Part shown: in pieces, positions 19,117 to 27,783 of the stretch
Layout: each line of letters starts with the position of its first letter
How positions within the stretch are numbered: position 1 is the stretch's first letter
Source: a virus
Lineage: Duplodnaviria > Heunggongvirae > Uroviricota > Caudoviricetes
Strand: one strand, 5' to 3'
DNA length: 38,614 bases
Virus record (IMG/VR): IMGVR_UViG_2554235189_000017
Span: 1-38,614 of that record
Notes under the pieces: generated by a model
Databases searched by the model: none
The model's input: the letters and a program-made list of their open reading frames with translations, nothing else
What the model was told of the DNA's origin: nothing
Position numbers and translations under genes: made by a program

Positions 19117-19812
19117 TTATTTGCCATAGAGCACTTCGGCCGCACTACGCAGGCCTTCATTACCACCGGTGACCATGCCATCTTCAGACATCGCCTTTCC
19201 GATTTTCACGAACGCTTTGACCAGATCAGGGTGATTACCCAGCCCGGTGGTGTTCAGATATTCTTTGAGTTCAGGTGTCCCGAACTGGTCAAGCGCACGC
19301 TGTGCGGCGCTAAGGTTAGAAATCAACTTGTCGCCACCGATTTCTTTGTCAGCTTTTACATCCGCAGCCCACTGCTCGGTTGTTTTCTGCCAGGCTTCTG
19401 CCTGGCGCTGCTGAACACCTGCCAGAATCTTCGGATAAGCATCAACCAGCTTTTGCGCTTGATCGTTGGTCAGGTTTAGTTCTCGCGCCACCGGCTCGAA
19501 TTCCTTCAACGCTTCTGTATCCAGCTCTACGCCTTCGGCAGCCTGAAACTCGTACTTCTCCGGCGCACCCTCCGGTTTATCGCCGTCCTTTTTTTCACCC
19601 TGCTTATCGCTTTCAGGCTTTTTGTCATCAGCAGGTTTATCGCCATCAGCAACAGGTTGTGTCTTATCACCTTCCTGTTGTGATGGATCACCAACTGGAG
19701 CAGGGTTATCACCTGCAGGCGCTGACGGTTCTGACGCAGCCGGAGCTGCTCCACCATCGACTGGTTGCTCATTGCAAAGACGGCGATACAGCAAACGCTC
19801 AAATAAATTCAT
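19117..19812 (-). CDS. Scaffolding protein
   Basis: Highly acidic, Pro/Lys/Asp-rich N-terminus plus helical C-terminus between portal and capsid; start taken at MNLFERL. Confidence 0.5.
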   Translation of the reverse strand: MNLFERLLYRRLCNEQPVDGGAAPAASEPSAPAGDNPAPVGDPSQQEGDKTQPVADGDKPADDKKPESDKQGEKKDGDKPEGAPEKYEFQAAEGVELDTEALKEFEPVARELNLTNDQAQKLVDAYPKILAGVQQRQAEAWQKTTEQWAADVKADKEIGGDKLISNLSAAQRALDQFGTPELKEYLNTTGLGNHPDLVKAFVKIGKAMSEDGMVTGGNEGLRSAAEVLYGK

Positions 19813-19814
19813 GA

Positions 19815-20111
19815 TCACTCCTGTTCACTGGCCTCTTTGGCCATCTTCAAATACTGTTCAGGGCAATGCGCCATAACGCGCTGAAACAGTTCCAGCGCCA
19901 GATTGCGTTGCCCCTCATTAAATGCCATTGCCATAGCGTCCATCGGTGAGATAGCGGAAAACACACGGCCTTTCTCCAGCACCGACCAGACAACGCGACG
20001 CCCCTGTTCACTGCTCATGACAAAGCGAATGTCATCAATTTCACGCTGCGCCATGTCACGTTGCTTACGGGCGTTTTCTTCTTTCAGTTGATCGTCTTCG
20101 TAATCTGTCAT
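19815..20111 (-). CDS. Small head-assembly-associated protein (98 aa)
   Basis: Overlaps the portal stop (ATGA); charged helical protein. Confidence 0.45.
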   Translation of the reverse strand: MTDYEDDQLKEENARKQRDMAQREIDDIRFVMSSEQGRRVVWSVLEKGRVFSAISPMDAMAMAFNEGQRNLALELFQRVMAHCPEQYLKMAKEASEQE

Positions 20112-21787
20112 TGTGATTGCCCACCCTGACCACTAACTGCATTCGCCATAGCTGACAAAACACTCGGATCCGAAGTTTTAGCTTCGCTTAGCGTCTTGGC
20201 ACCCTGTGCCGCCGCCATCCCCATCGCCATCATTTGTTGCTGCTGTTGCTGCTGTGCCCGTTGCTGGCGAGCCTGCTCAACCTGTTCCTGCGGAACAATG
20301 ACGGTTGGAGACACTCCGGACATATCAGCGAATGCATCGATCGCCTGATCAACGTTGAGTTTGTCGAGAGCTTCTGGTTTCGCTTGCGCAAGTTGACCAA
20401 TGAAGTTAACCGTGGACGCCAGACTGGACAGGCCGATAGACTTCTGCGCCTGAGCCATGACGGAAATGTATTCGACCTTCAGTGGCATGCCTTCCATCGC
20501 GTCAGGCGGTGGCGGCAGCATGTTTTTGCGCACCATCATCGAGAAAGAGCGGTCAATGAGAGGATTAAGACATTCGTCGTTCAGACGCTCCAGAACCGGC
20601 CCCAACATCAGAAGTTTTTCTTCTTTCATTTCGATCACCGCTTCAACAGGCATCGAGCGGGTATTGATGTTCTGCAACATCATGAACAGATCGACAAAGT
20701 AGGCGCTGTTAATGATTTGACGAGTGTCCTGAATGTCTGCCACCAAATCTGCTGTACTGGGGTTAACCAGATAAGCAGGCCTGAAGCCATCCTGACCAGT
20801 AATCTGATCGATATACGTGATGTCGCCAGGAAGAAGGGAGGCGCGCTGATTCTTGAGGGAAGTCGGAGCAACCATCGGCGGATTGGTGGCTTTATCAATC
20901 AACTGCGACTTGCGCTTCTGGAGAAGCTGCAATGCCTTAACAGGTCCAAGCGCCAGCATACCCGGGCATGATGATCCATAAACATCTTCGCCATTAACTT
21001 CCCAGCGCGGAGCCATAATTGGAAACTCATCGAATCCGGACTCACGCAACAACTTGTCGTTATCGCCACCAACCTCGTAATAAACCGATTTGAATGGCTT
21101 GTTCTTGCTATCCAGCTTCGATGTATCGCGGTCAATGTTCGGGTAAACCGAATGCATCACTTCGATCCACTTCTCGTAGGTGCCGCTTTCCCACATGCTT
21201 TTTACGGATTCGCTGACGTTATTTAGCCCGAACTCCTGAACAAGCTGACGAACAGTCATAGAGAACTTGCGAAAACAGGTGTCAACACTGCCACGAGGTG
21301 AGTTAGCCAGGTAGTAACTGCCTATCGGGAATGGCATTGTGCGAATGATGTCCTCGTCATCCTCCAGCACTGCCATTGCACCAGTGCTGTATGTGCCGAG
21401 GCTTCCGTATAACTGCGGCAGCGACTGATAGAGATTCGACTTATTGAACATATCGTTCATGCGGTTCTGCACCGCCTCAAGCCACAACTTAACAGGGCCA
21501 TAATCCATCATTTCAGGATCTGGCGTAGCCAGGCGAAACCACGGACGCGCGGGGCTTGTGATGCCTGACATCATGCCGCTGGCGAGAGTGCGCGCCGCCA
21601 TAGTCCCGGTCGAATCAATAATGCGTGTATTGCGTCGATCGTTACGGTTGACCTCAGAAGTCAGAAAGCGGGAACCACGCGGGTTGATGTAATCACTCAA
21701 CTCGCGCCAGTGCGGCTCGAACGACTGACGCTCGCTTTCAAGTTGTGCGAACTGTTTGTTCAATCGCTCTTTAGTTGTTTCCGCCAT
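20108..21787 (-). CDS. Portal protein (head-to-tail connector, podovirus type)
   Basis: 559 aa immediately downstream of the terminase region. Confidence 0.75.
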   Translation of the reverse strand: MAETTKERLNKQFAQLESERQSFEPHWRELSDYINPRGSRFLTSEVNRNDRRNTRIIDSTGTMAARTLASGMMSGITSPARPWFRLATPDPEMMDYGPVKLWLEAVQNRMNDMFNKSNLYQSLPQLYGSLGTYSTGAMAVLEDDEDIIRTMPFPIGSYYLANSPRGSVDTCFRKFSMTVRQLVQEFGLNNVSESVKSMWESGTYEKWIEVMHSVYPNIDRDTSKLDSKNKPFKSVYYEVGGDNDKLLRESGFDEFPIMAPRWEVNGEDVYGSSCPGMLALGPVKALQLLQKRKSQLIDKATNPPMVAPTSLKNQRASLLPGDITYIDQITGQDGFRPAYLVNPSTADLVADIQDTRQIINSAYFVDLFMMLQNINTRSMPVEAVIEMKEEKLLMLGPVLERLNDECLNPLIDRSFSMMVRKNMLPPPPDAMEGMPLKVEYISVMAQAQKSIGLSSLASTVNFIGQLAQAKPEALDKLNVDQAIDAFADMSGVSPTVIVPQEQVEQARQQRAQQQQQQQMMAMGMAAAQGAKTLSEAKTSDPSVLSAMANAVSGQGGQSQ

Positions 21788-21801
21788 TTCAATGACTCCG
21801 G

Positions 21802-22008
21802 TTACTGACCAAGCAGCGTTTTACCGCTGGTATTAGCGGTTGATGTGTCACCCTGAGAACCGGTAAGCAGCGTAGAACTACGACCAGCAGCAGCGCGACG
21901 GCGACGTGTTTCTTCGTCGCGGGCATCAACAACGGCGGCATCCTGCTCCTGTGGTGCTGCCTGAACTTCTGGTGTTGCAGGCACTGATGGTGAGCTACCC
22001 ATGCACAT
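21802..22008 (-). CDS. Possible small protein upstream of portal (68 aa, low complexity)
   Basis: Ends 14 nt before the portal ATG with GGAG between; could be non-coding. Confidence 0.25.
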   Translation of the reverse strand: MCMGSSPSVPATPEVQAAPQEQDAAVVDARDEETRRRRAAAGRSSTLLTGSQGDTSTANTSGKTLLGQ

Positions 22009-22098
22009 ATCAATGACTCCGTACGCAATTAAATTATTACCAATTTAACCACATATGATTTACTTATCGTAGGTAGTTGACATTTAACGCATAAATTA

Positions 22099-22113
22099 TT
22101 ACCTTTAAGGTAA
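22099..22113. promoter_or_regulatory. Operator-like perfect palindrome TTACCTTTAAGGTAA next to a TTGACA hexamer (22072-22077)
   Basis: 15-bp perfect palindrome, part of the dispersed motif family. Confidence 0.5.
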
Positions 22114-22435
22114 GTAAAGGGTTCATTCCGGTTATTAACCTGACTGGCTTGTCGTTAAATTGAACAGGTGGAGTGAGCTTTTATTTTGAGCAGTACGGCG
22201 TATGGCACATGCGCCGATAGCGGTATAGATACGTTTAATGGGCACCCTCCCTTGCTCGGGCAAACGAACCAGGTAGCCGGAATGTGCAAGTCGAGCGGTT
22301 TTATTCCGCGCACGGGGATTCACCATCCCGGCGATTCGGTGTGACGCCTCGGAAGAGACGAGGGTACAACGATGAGAGCATTTATGGAGCCGCGACAAAG
22401 TGTGGTGCCTTAACAGGCTAAGTGCTCTCAGCGTT

Positions 22436-22512
22436 GTGGCATTAGCTCAGTTGGACAGAGCAACCGCCTTCTAAGCGGTTGGTCGCAGGTTCGAATCCTG
22501 CATGCCACGCCA
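22436..22512 (+). tRNA. tRNA-Arg (anticodon UCU), phage-encoded
   Basis: Hand-folded cloverleaf: acceptor GTGGCAT/ATGCCAC, D-arm GCTC...GAGC, anticodon loop CTTCTAA, T-arm GCAGG-TTCGAAT-CCTGC, encoded CCA. Confidence 0.85.
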
Positions 22513-22556
22513 GAATCACGCCTAAGGACCGTGATGCCAGAAGTTCCAGGTGCTTG

Positions 22557-22598
22557 GCGGTGATGGTTTCCCTTGAAGGACTATCACCGCCCTTTTTA
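22557..22598 (+). terminator. Rho-independent terminator downstream of tRNA
   Basis: GGCGGTGAT...ATCACCGCC stem then CTTTTTA. Confidence 0.6.
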
Positions 22599-22674
22599 CA
22601 GCAGGACGCCATTGCGATGACTTCATGCTGTAAACCAGTACAGCCACGGAAGGCATAACTCATTGCTTCCAGTT

Positions 22675-22698
22675 CGCCCGGTTCGCCGGGCATTTTTT
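22675..22698 (+). terminator. Rho-independent terminator/attenuator 12 nt upstream of the DUF2829-like gene
   Basis: GCCCGG-TTCG-CCGGGC hairpin followed by ATTTTTTT, then AAGGTGAG RBS and ATG 22711. Confidence 0.7.
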
Positions 22699-22710
22699 TA
22701 AGGTGAGATT

Positions 22711-23007
22711 ATGAGCGAAACATCAACAGTATCTTTCTCCACTGCTTTGTCATCACTCAAAGATGGTAAGCGCATTGCACGTGCCGGATGGAATGGCAAA
22801 GGCATGTATCTGCAACTGGTTAAGCCACCGCAATCGGCCACTCCGAACGATTGGCGATTTGACGTTACATGCGGTGACGAGTATACATTTGTACCTGGCG
22901 TTAAACTTCTACCGTGGATTGGGATGAAAACTGCTGACGGTTGCTTTGTACCGTGGCTGGCATCTCAAACCGATATGCTATCTGATGACTGGATTGTAAT
23001 TCAATAA
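22711..23007 (+). CDS. DUF2829-like small protein (98 aa), candidate Tad2-type anti-Thoeris sponge
   Basis: ARAGWNGKGMYLQL near N-terminus and WLASQTDMLSDDW near C-terminus match my recollection of DUF2829; opposite strand to flanking late genes. Confidence 0.5.
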   Translation: MSETSTVSFSTALSSLKDGKRIARAGWNGKGMYLQLVKPPQSATPNDWRFDVTCGDEYTFVPGVKLLPWIGMKTADGCFVPWLASQTDMLSDDWIVIQ

Positions 23008-23011
23008 CACC

Positions 23012-23023
23012 GTGACATGTCAC
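23012..23023. repeat. 12-bp perfect palindrome GTGACATGTCAC (copy 2 of 3)
   Basis: Exact copy 5 nt after the stop of the DUF2829-like gene. Confidence 0.8.
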
Positions 23024-23026
23024 AAA

Positions 23027-23055
23027 CAGCCAGCCTATGAGCTGGCTTTGTTTTA
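23027..23055 (+). terminator. Rho-independent terminator after the DUF2829-like gene
   Basis: CAGCCAGC-loop-GCTGGCT stem followed by TTGTTTTA. Confidence 0.6.
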
Positions 23056-23097
23056 TCCTCACCAGAGGATATCAACGACATTATCCCCACCAGCGGA

Positions 23098-24573
23098 TTA
23101 AGCATAGGGATCGTAATCTGTAATGGCCTTGCCTTGCTGGTTCTGCTGCCCGGGAATTCGCAGACGCTTAGACACAGGGAACGCAAACGTCAGCAGTAGC
23201 GCATCGCCTTTACCCGGCGAACGCCCAAGCCGCTCCTTGATATCTTCCTTCGGTTCGATAACGATTTTACCGTCCACGCGAACTTTGTACTCTGCCGCCG
23301 ACAGATCGTCCGCTGTTTCCTGGTCATCCAGCATCCCGCCCAACCTCAGCCATGTCTTGCATGAGTTGAACATCTCCCCGCGCTTGTTGAGCATCTGAGG
23401 GTCAGTTGACGCACCACCGAACGGAACAAGTTGCCATGTGCGCCCCCAGCCGTCACCGATTGACTTCAGACCGGTTCCGTAACCGAAGTCGATGAACACC
23501 GCGTCAGCCTGATACTGGTCTTCAAAGTCAGCGATACGCTTCGCCATAATCAGATCGTCGGTAGTCTTGTTGCCAGTCCACAGCACCTTACTGTGTAGCC
23601 CCTGCCGCAGGTATATCACCGCGTCATCAACGCCTGAATATGCCGGGTCAACACCGATTATCACCGGAGCATGCGCCACCTGCGCAGCGGTTACCACCCG
23701 TTTCATTGCCTCATCAGTAAGACCGGTAGGGATAAACTGCAATTCAGATGCATCAGGGAATATGCCGCGCACACGGATTTTAACGAAGTCGCTGTCTTCC
23801 CCGTAGTCATCAACCCATTTCTGCAACTGCTGTTTGTTAGTGCCTTCCACCGTTCGGCTGTCAATCTGCGCAGTTTTCCAGCGGTGTTTATATTTGCGGA
23901 AACATTCGCGGAAACGTCCGGTATTACGCGTCGGGTTTCCGAACGCCACCCAGATAATCTCAGTGTCTTCGTCCGTTAGTGCACCCTCGGCAACTTCCCA
24001 CACCAGATCCGCAATGTTCGACGCTTCATCGAATACCACGATGATGCGTTTGCGCTCGTTGTGTAGTCCGGCGAATGCCTCAGTGTTGTGCTCAGACCAG
24101 GGGATTGCGTCAGCTCGCCACCGCTTGTCGTGTCCAGGATCATTGCTGTACATCGCGGTAGCGGTACAGGTAAACCAGTCTTTCGTGATAGCAAGGTTCG
24201 ACCACTTGATAATTTCCGGCCAGGTCTTCGTTCGTAGCTGGTTGTCGGTGTTGGCGGTCACCACGACCTTACAATCCTCGCAAGTGGACATGCCCCAGTT
24301 GATCAGCATTGAGATGAATGCGGATTTACCAATACCGTGACCCGAAGCGCGTGCCAGCATAAGCGGCTGATAGCGAGTCTCTGGATTCTGCAGGTGATCA
24401 CGTATCTCTCGGAACGCATCAGCCTGCCACTGACGTGGACCGGTGGCATGTGCCAGTTCAGTCCCATCTTCCCCCCACGGGAACGCATAGAGGGCATAGC
24501 CAAGCGGATCGTGAGTGAACCCTGCAATATCCTCGATCAACTGCTCTTCAGGAGATAACGCTGCATCTGTCAC
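23098..24573 (-). CDS. terL: Terminase large subunit
   Basis: 491 aa with ATPase-like N-terminal region (GHGIGKS) and nuclease-like C-terminal region; ATGA overlap with terS. Confidence 0.8.
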   Translation of the reverse strand: MTDAALSPEEQLIEDIAGFTHDPLGYALYAFPWGEDGTELAHATGPRQWQADAFREIRDHLQNPETRYQPLMLARASGHGIGKSAFISMLINWGMSTCEDCKVVVTANTDNQLRTKTWPEIIKWSNLAITKDWFTCTATAMYSNDPGHDKRWRADAIPWSEHNTEAFAGLHNERKRIIVVFDEASNIADLVWEVAEGALTDEDTEIIWVAFGNPTRNTGRFRECFRKYKHRWKTAQIDSRTVEGTNKQQLQKWVDDYGEDSDFVKIRVRGIFPDASELQFIPTGLTDEAMKRVVTAAQVAHAPVIIGVDPAYSGVDDAVIYLRQGLHSKVLWTGNKTTDDLIMAKRIADFEDQYQADAVFIDFGYGTGLKSIGDGWGRTWQLVPFGGASTDPQMLNKRGEMFNSCKTWLRLGGMLDDQETADDLSAAEYKVRVDGKIVIEPKEDIKERLGRSPGKGDALLLTFAFPVSKRLRIPGQQNQQGKAITDYDPYA

Positions 24574-25163
24574 TGATTGCCATCCTGACGTTCTTTCAGT
24601 CTCTTCCTGGCTGCCGCTATGCGATCAGCAATTGTCACATTCACATTAACATCCAGGCGTTCTTTGAATGCATTGACATCGACGTGCTTACCAATCAGCT
24701 CAAGGTTCTTCACCTTGTCAGGCCATTTAATTTTTTTGAGGATTGTCTCTATCGAATCCTCGTTCATGTTCATGATGGTCGATGACAGATCAAAGCCGCT
24801 AAGCGTAGTGCGCCAGATTTTCGGCCACTCGCGGATTGGCTTAAGGCTCCCATCATCGTTGAGGATATCAATCACGTCCATCTGGTCGATCTCCACCAGG
24901 CGCATGAGAACGTAATCAGCACTGACACGCATTCGTTTGTTGCGCTCTTCCATCAGCTCGGCAATCCGTTTTTGAATGCGTTCATCGCGCATCATGACAC
25001 TGGCTTTAACTGCCGCTGTATTTGGGGAGAATCCTGCGTTAATCGCTGCCTGAGTCTGGTTTTCAGGCGTTTTGATGTATGACTGGCAATAAGCCTCCTG
25101 CATTGCTGTTAGTGGCTTAAATTGCGTTGATTTACGTTTATAGGTTTTAGGTTCAGCAGGCAT
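24570..25163 (-). CDS. terS: Terminase small subunit
   Basis: Start placed at MPAEPKTYKRK (ATG 25163); the upstream 27 codons of the track ORF look like translated intergenic sequence. Confidence 0.65.
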   Translation of the reverse strand: MPAEPKTYKRKSTQFKPLTAMQEAYCQSYIKTPENQTQAAINAGFSPNTAAVKASVMMRDERIQKRIAELMEERNKRMRVSADYVLMRLVEIDQMDVIDILNDDGSLKPIREWPKIWRTTLSGFDLSSTIMNMNEDSIETILKKIKWPDKVKNLELIGKHVDVNAFKERLDVNVNVTIADRIAAARKRLKERQDGNQ

Positions 25164-25276
25164 CGTAACCACCGTGGTAATAGTTACCGTTGTGGTAATA
25201 GTACCATGCAAAATAAAGCCGCCATAGTTGGCGGCAGTATTCAAAACACATCAAATTCATCATGCATAATCTACTC

Positions 25277-25288
25277 GTGACATGTCAC
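25277..25288. repeat. 12-bp perfect palindrome GTGACATGTCAC (copy 3 of 3)
   Basis: Overlaps the stop codon of the 25285..25626 gene. Confidence 0.8.
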
Positions 25289-25626
25289 ACTATTAATTTC
25301 GTTTCATGCCAGCCTTTGGTCACCCAACATTGCGAGTCACCATTGCACGGGCATGAATTAACTGGAACTCTCTCGCCGCACTTACCGCAACGTTTTCTGC
25401 TGATCGATTTTATACGCCCGCGCACGCGTGCATCATCCTGGCGGATCAGCAGCGCGATGTACTCGGCCATTTCATAGGGATCGCGACCAGGGCGCCGGGC
25501 GGCGCAGTTCCGCGCCAGCATTTCCTGCTCCTGCTTATCCAGCACCAGTTCAATTTTGCGCTCACCGGCGGCGGACTGCCGAGCGCGCTGCGCGGCTTTG
25601 CGTTCTGCTGCTGATTTAGCCATCAA
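25285..25626 (-). CDS. Hypothetical basic protein with C-terminal Cys cluster (113 aa)
   Basis: ORF with Lys/Arg-rich N-terminus and CGKCG...CPC motif; function unknown. Confidence 0.5.
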   Translation of the reverse strand: MMAKSAAERKAAQRARQSAAGERKIELVLDKQEQEMLARNCAARRPGRDPYEMAEYIALLIRQDDARVRGRIKSISRKRCGKCGERVPVNSCPCNGDSQCWVTKGWHETKLIV

Positions 25627-25897
25627 TATTCACCTTTATCGCGAACACCTTTACCGGTTTATCGCCGAAGTGGGGATGTGTGATTGTCTTGATTTCATAT
25701 CCGTCATACGGGACGTCAATTCTGCGGCTGGAATCGTCGCGCTTCGGATATCCCTTTGTGATAATCAGGCGGTCATATTCCCGGAGCATAATTCGCTTAT
25801 TCCAGTAGTCATTACACAGGCGATACTCTTCCGTTTTCTCCCCGCGAATCATGGCATCGAAGTATTCACCTTTGACGGCAAGTTGAAGGTTAGCCAC
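25616..25897 (-). CDS. Hypothetical protein, possibly ASCH/DUF3850-like (93 aa)
   Basis: Small coupled ORF; domain assignment from memory only. Confidence 0.45.
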   Translation of the reverse strand: MANLQLAVKGEYFDAMIRGEKTEEYRLCNDYWNKRIMLREYDRLIITKGYPKRDDSSRRIDVPYDGYEIKTITHPHFGDKPVKVFAIKVNIDG

Positions 25898-27071
25898 GGT
25901 TAACCTCCTGTGGCGGCTCCGGTAGCGGCATCCAGTGGGTTACATTGCGGCTCTGCGTTTCGAAGAACTCCTCACCATTGCGGACGACATCAAAAAACTC
26001 TCCGTCCCGATATTGCGCATAAAGAACGAATGCGCCATCACATAAAATAATTACGTGCTGACCATCATTTGGCATTCGCTCACTACAGCTTATCCAACCA
26101 TCCGGAGTTACCGGAGAATTGCCATTTACCAAGTCAGCTCGAACATATAGCGTGTCATCATGGTGCTGATTGTGGCTGCACCACGTTAATTCGCTTAACT
26201 CGCCATCTTCTGGCCATACTCCAGCTGTTTGCAGCCAGATATGGGCTGGCGCATCCTGGCAAGGTGTATTAACTGGAAACTTGTAAGTTTGGCTTACAGG
26301 TTGGCTACCCTGAAGCATGGCAGCGTGGCAGGCATACTCAACGCCCTTAACTGCATCTGCGCAGTAGTTATAGCGATTGCATTCCACTAATTTCCGTTTG
26401 AGTTTTTCAATTGCCTGCGCGACATCAGCCTGTATTACAGGAACTGGCGGAACGGCTGTTTGCTCTCGAACGTCATTAGTCGCTATCGGTTCTGCTGCCA
26501 ACTGACTGGCATATTTGTTAATGGTAACGATAAGCTCTTGCTCAGCCTCATCCAGACAATCACCGATACCTCGCCTGTCACCGTCAAAATCATCGAAATC
26601 AGCACGAATCTTGGCAACCTTCTGGATTGCGGACAACACCTCACTAGGAATTACCGGATAGTTGGTTGACGAACTCTTGTTTTCCCGAAAGTTTCCGGAC
26701 TGAAGCATGGCGGCGCGGCAGGCGTTCCAGCCTCTCACCTCTGCAATAGCGGCAACAGCATCAACCGCGTACATGCTAAGAGGATTAGGCATTGGTTTTT
26801 CTTCCGGTACTACTGGAACGGGTGGAGCGGCGTAGACCTCAATAATTCCATTATCAATAGGCCATTCTCCATCCTTGAGGTAGTCACTTGTGCCGTCAAC
26901 TTGCTGTTCTGCAATGTGGAATGCACCTATTGGTTTTGCTTCCAGCGATGCCAGAGCAATTCGTGCCAGTTCTTCCGCTTCTTCTGCTGGCAGTACAACG
27001 TTGCTACCAGGTCCGTATGTTTCGCGCCACTGCTTGATTGTCAGCAGTCGCTCTTTGGTAATAGTGGTCAT
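25890..27071 (-). CDS. Hypothetical protein with internal duplication and C-terminal DUF551-like domain (393 aa)
   Basis: Repeated segments (NACRAAMLQSGN / YACHAAMLQGSQ) mirrored in DNA at about 26310 and 26700; C-terminal HWMPLPEPP. Confidence 0.55.
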   Translation of the reverse strand: MTTITKERLLTIKQWRETYGPGSNVVLPAEEAEELARIALASLEAKPIGAFHIAEQQVDGTSDYLKDGEWPIDNGIIEVYAAPPVPVVPEEKPMPNPLSMYAVDAVAAIAEVRGWNACRAAMLQSGNFRENKSSSTNYPVIPSEVLSAIQKVAKIRADFDDFDGDRRGIGDCLDEAEQELIVTINKYASQLAAEPIATNDVREQTAVPPVPVIQADVAQAIEKLKRKLVECNRYNYCADAVKGVEYACHAAMLQGSQPVSQTYKFPVNTPCQDAPAHIWLQTAGVWPEDGELSELTWCSHNQHHDDTLYVRADLVNGNSPVTPDGWISCSERMPNDGQHVIILCDGAFVLYAQYRDGEFFDVVRNGEEFFETQSRNVTHWMPLPEPPQEVNRG

Positions 27072-27081
27072 GTGTTACTCC

Positions 27082-27345
27082 TTAACCCGCAGTGCTTTCA
27101 ACTGACGAGGGGAACAAAATCTTTTCTTCAAATCCGGCATTCATATCATGGACAGCAACACACCAATCCATTGACGAACGATTATCAAGAGCCTCCATGA
27201 TTTCATCCATGCGGCGTAGGTCATACAGGTAAATGTTTTTATCGCCAATGGTGTAAAAACCAATTTTTTTCGGTGACGGGCAGCGATCAAGAACTTCCTG
27301 TAATTCGTTCAACCATGCCCGTTCTTTTTTTATCAAAGTTGCCAT
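27082..27345 (-). CDS. Hypothetical protein (88 aa)
   Basis: Start at MATLIKK with AAGGAAA RBS; the longer track ORF would overlap the upstream gene. Confidence 0.5.
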   Translation of the reverse strand: MATLIKKERAWLNELQEVLDRCPSPKKIGFYTIGDKNIYLYDLRRMDEIMEALDNRSSMDWCVAVHDMNAGFEEKILFPSSVESTAG

Positions 27346-27346
27346 A

Positions 27347-27565
27347 TCAGTTTTCCTTATACGGATTAATTTTATTGTGCAGTGTGTTGAACGACGCCCA
27401 TACCACGTCGTTATACAATTCAATAACTGGTTCAATTATTTTCCCGATTGCCCAGACAAAAATTAGCGGGGATATCGGTATCATCAACACGATAAACAGA
27501 ATGAGAAACAAAAATTCTGTCGCTCTACTTTTTCGCGGATATTCTTTTCTGAATAATGTAGGCAC
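27347..27565 (-). CDS. Small single-pass membrane protein (72 aa)
   Basis: One strongly hydrophobic segment; tightly packed in operon. Confidence 0.5.
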   Translation of the reverse strand: MPTLFRKEYPRKSRATEFLFLILFIVLMIPISPLIFVWAIGKIIEPVIELYNDVVWASFNTLHNKINPYKEN

Positions 27566-27566
27566 A

Positions 27567-27782
27567 TCACTCTCCTTTGTTGCTTCTCAAAATTTTATGC
27601 CCTGGCGCAAAAGCACGCGTTTTGTCGACGCTTATTCGCCACCCATCTTTACGTGCCTCTTTTGCACAGCCAGCCCATGACGTACCGATATACTCACCGA
27701 AGTCTGGCACTGGATATACACCTTCCGTACACTGGCGGCAGTCACAATAGAGATGCATGGTGTAACTTGCGGCAATAGCCAT
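27567..27782 (-). CDS. Hypothetical Cys-containing protein (71 aa)
   Basis: Start ATG preceded by the conserved junction sequence. Confidence 0.45.
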   Translation of the reverse strand: MAIAASYTMHLYCDCRQCTEGVYPVPDFGEYIGTSWAGCAKEARKDGWRISVDKTRAFAPGHKILRSNKGE

Positions 27783-27783
27783 A

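Noticed and set aside
20234-20971. 245-aa plus-strand ORF inside the portal gene
   Set aside because: Antisense to the portal gene; His/Arg-rich low-complexity translation.
22135-22435. A second tRNA in the leader region
   Set aside because: No acceptor/D/anticodon/T arm arrangement could be folded by hand; only tRNA-Arg at 22436-22512 gives a cloverleaf.
22135-22693. Minus-strand ORFs 22135..22398 and 22442..22693
   Set aside because: They overlap the structured leader and the tRNA-Arg gene; Arg/Ser/His-rich translations are typical of antisense RNA genes.
23567-24340. Several plus-strand ORFs inside terL
   Set aside because: All antisense to the terminase large subunit gene.
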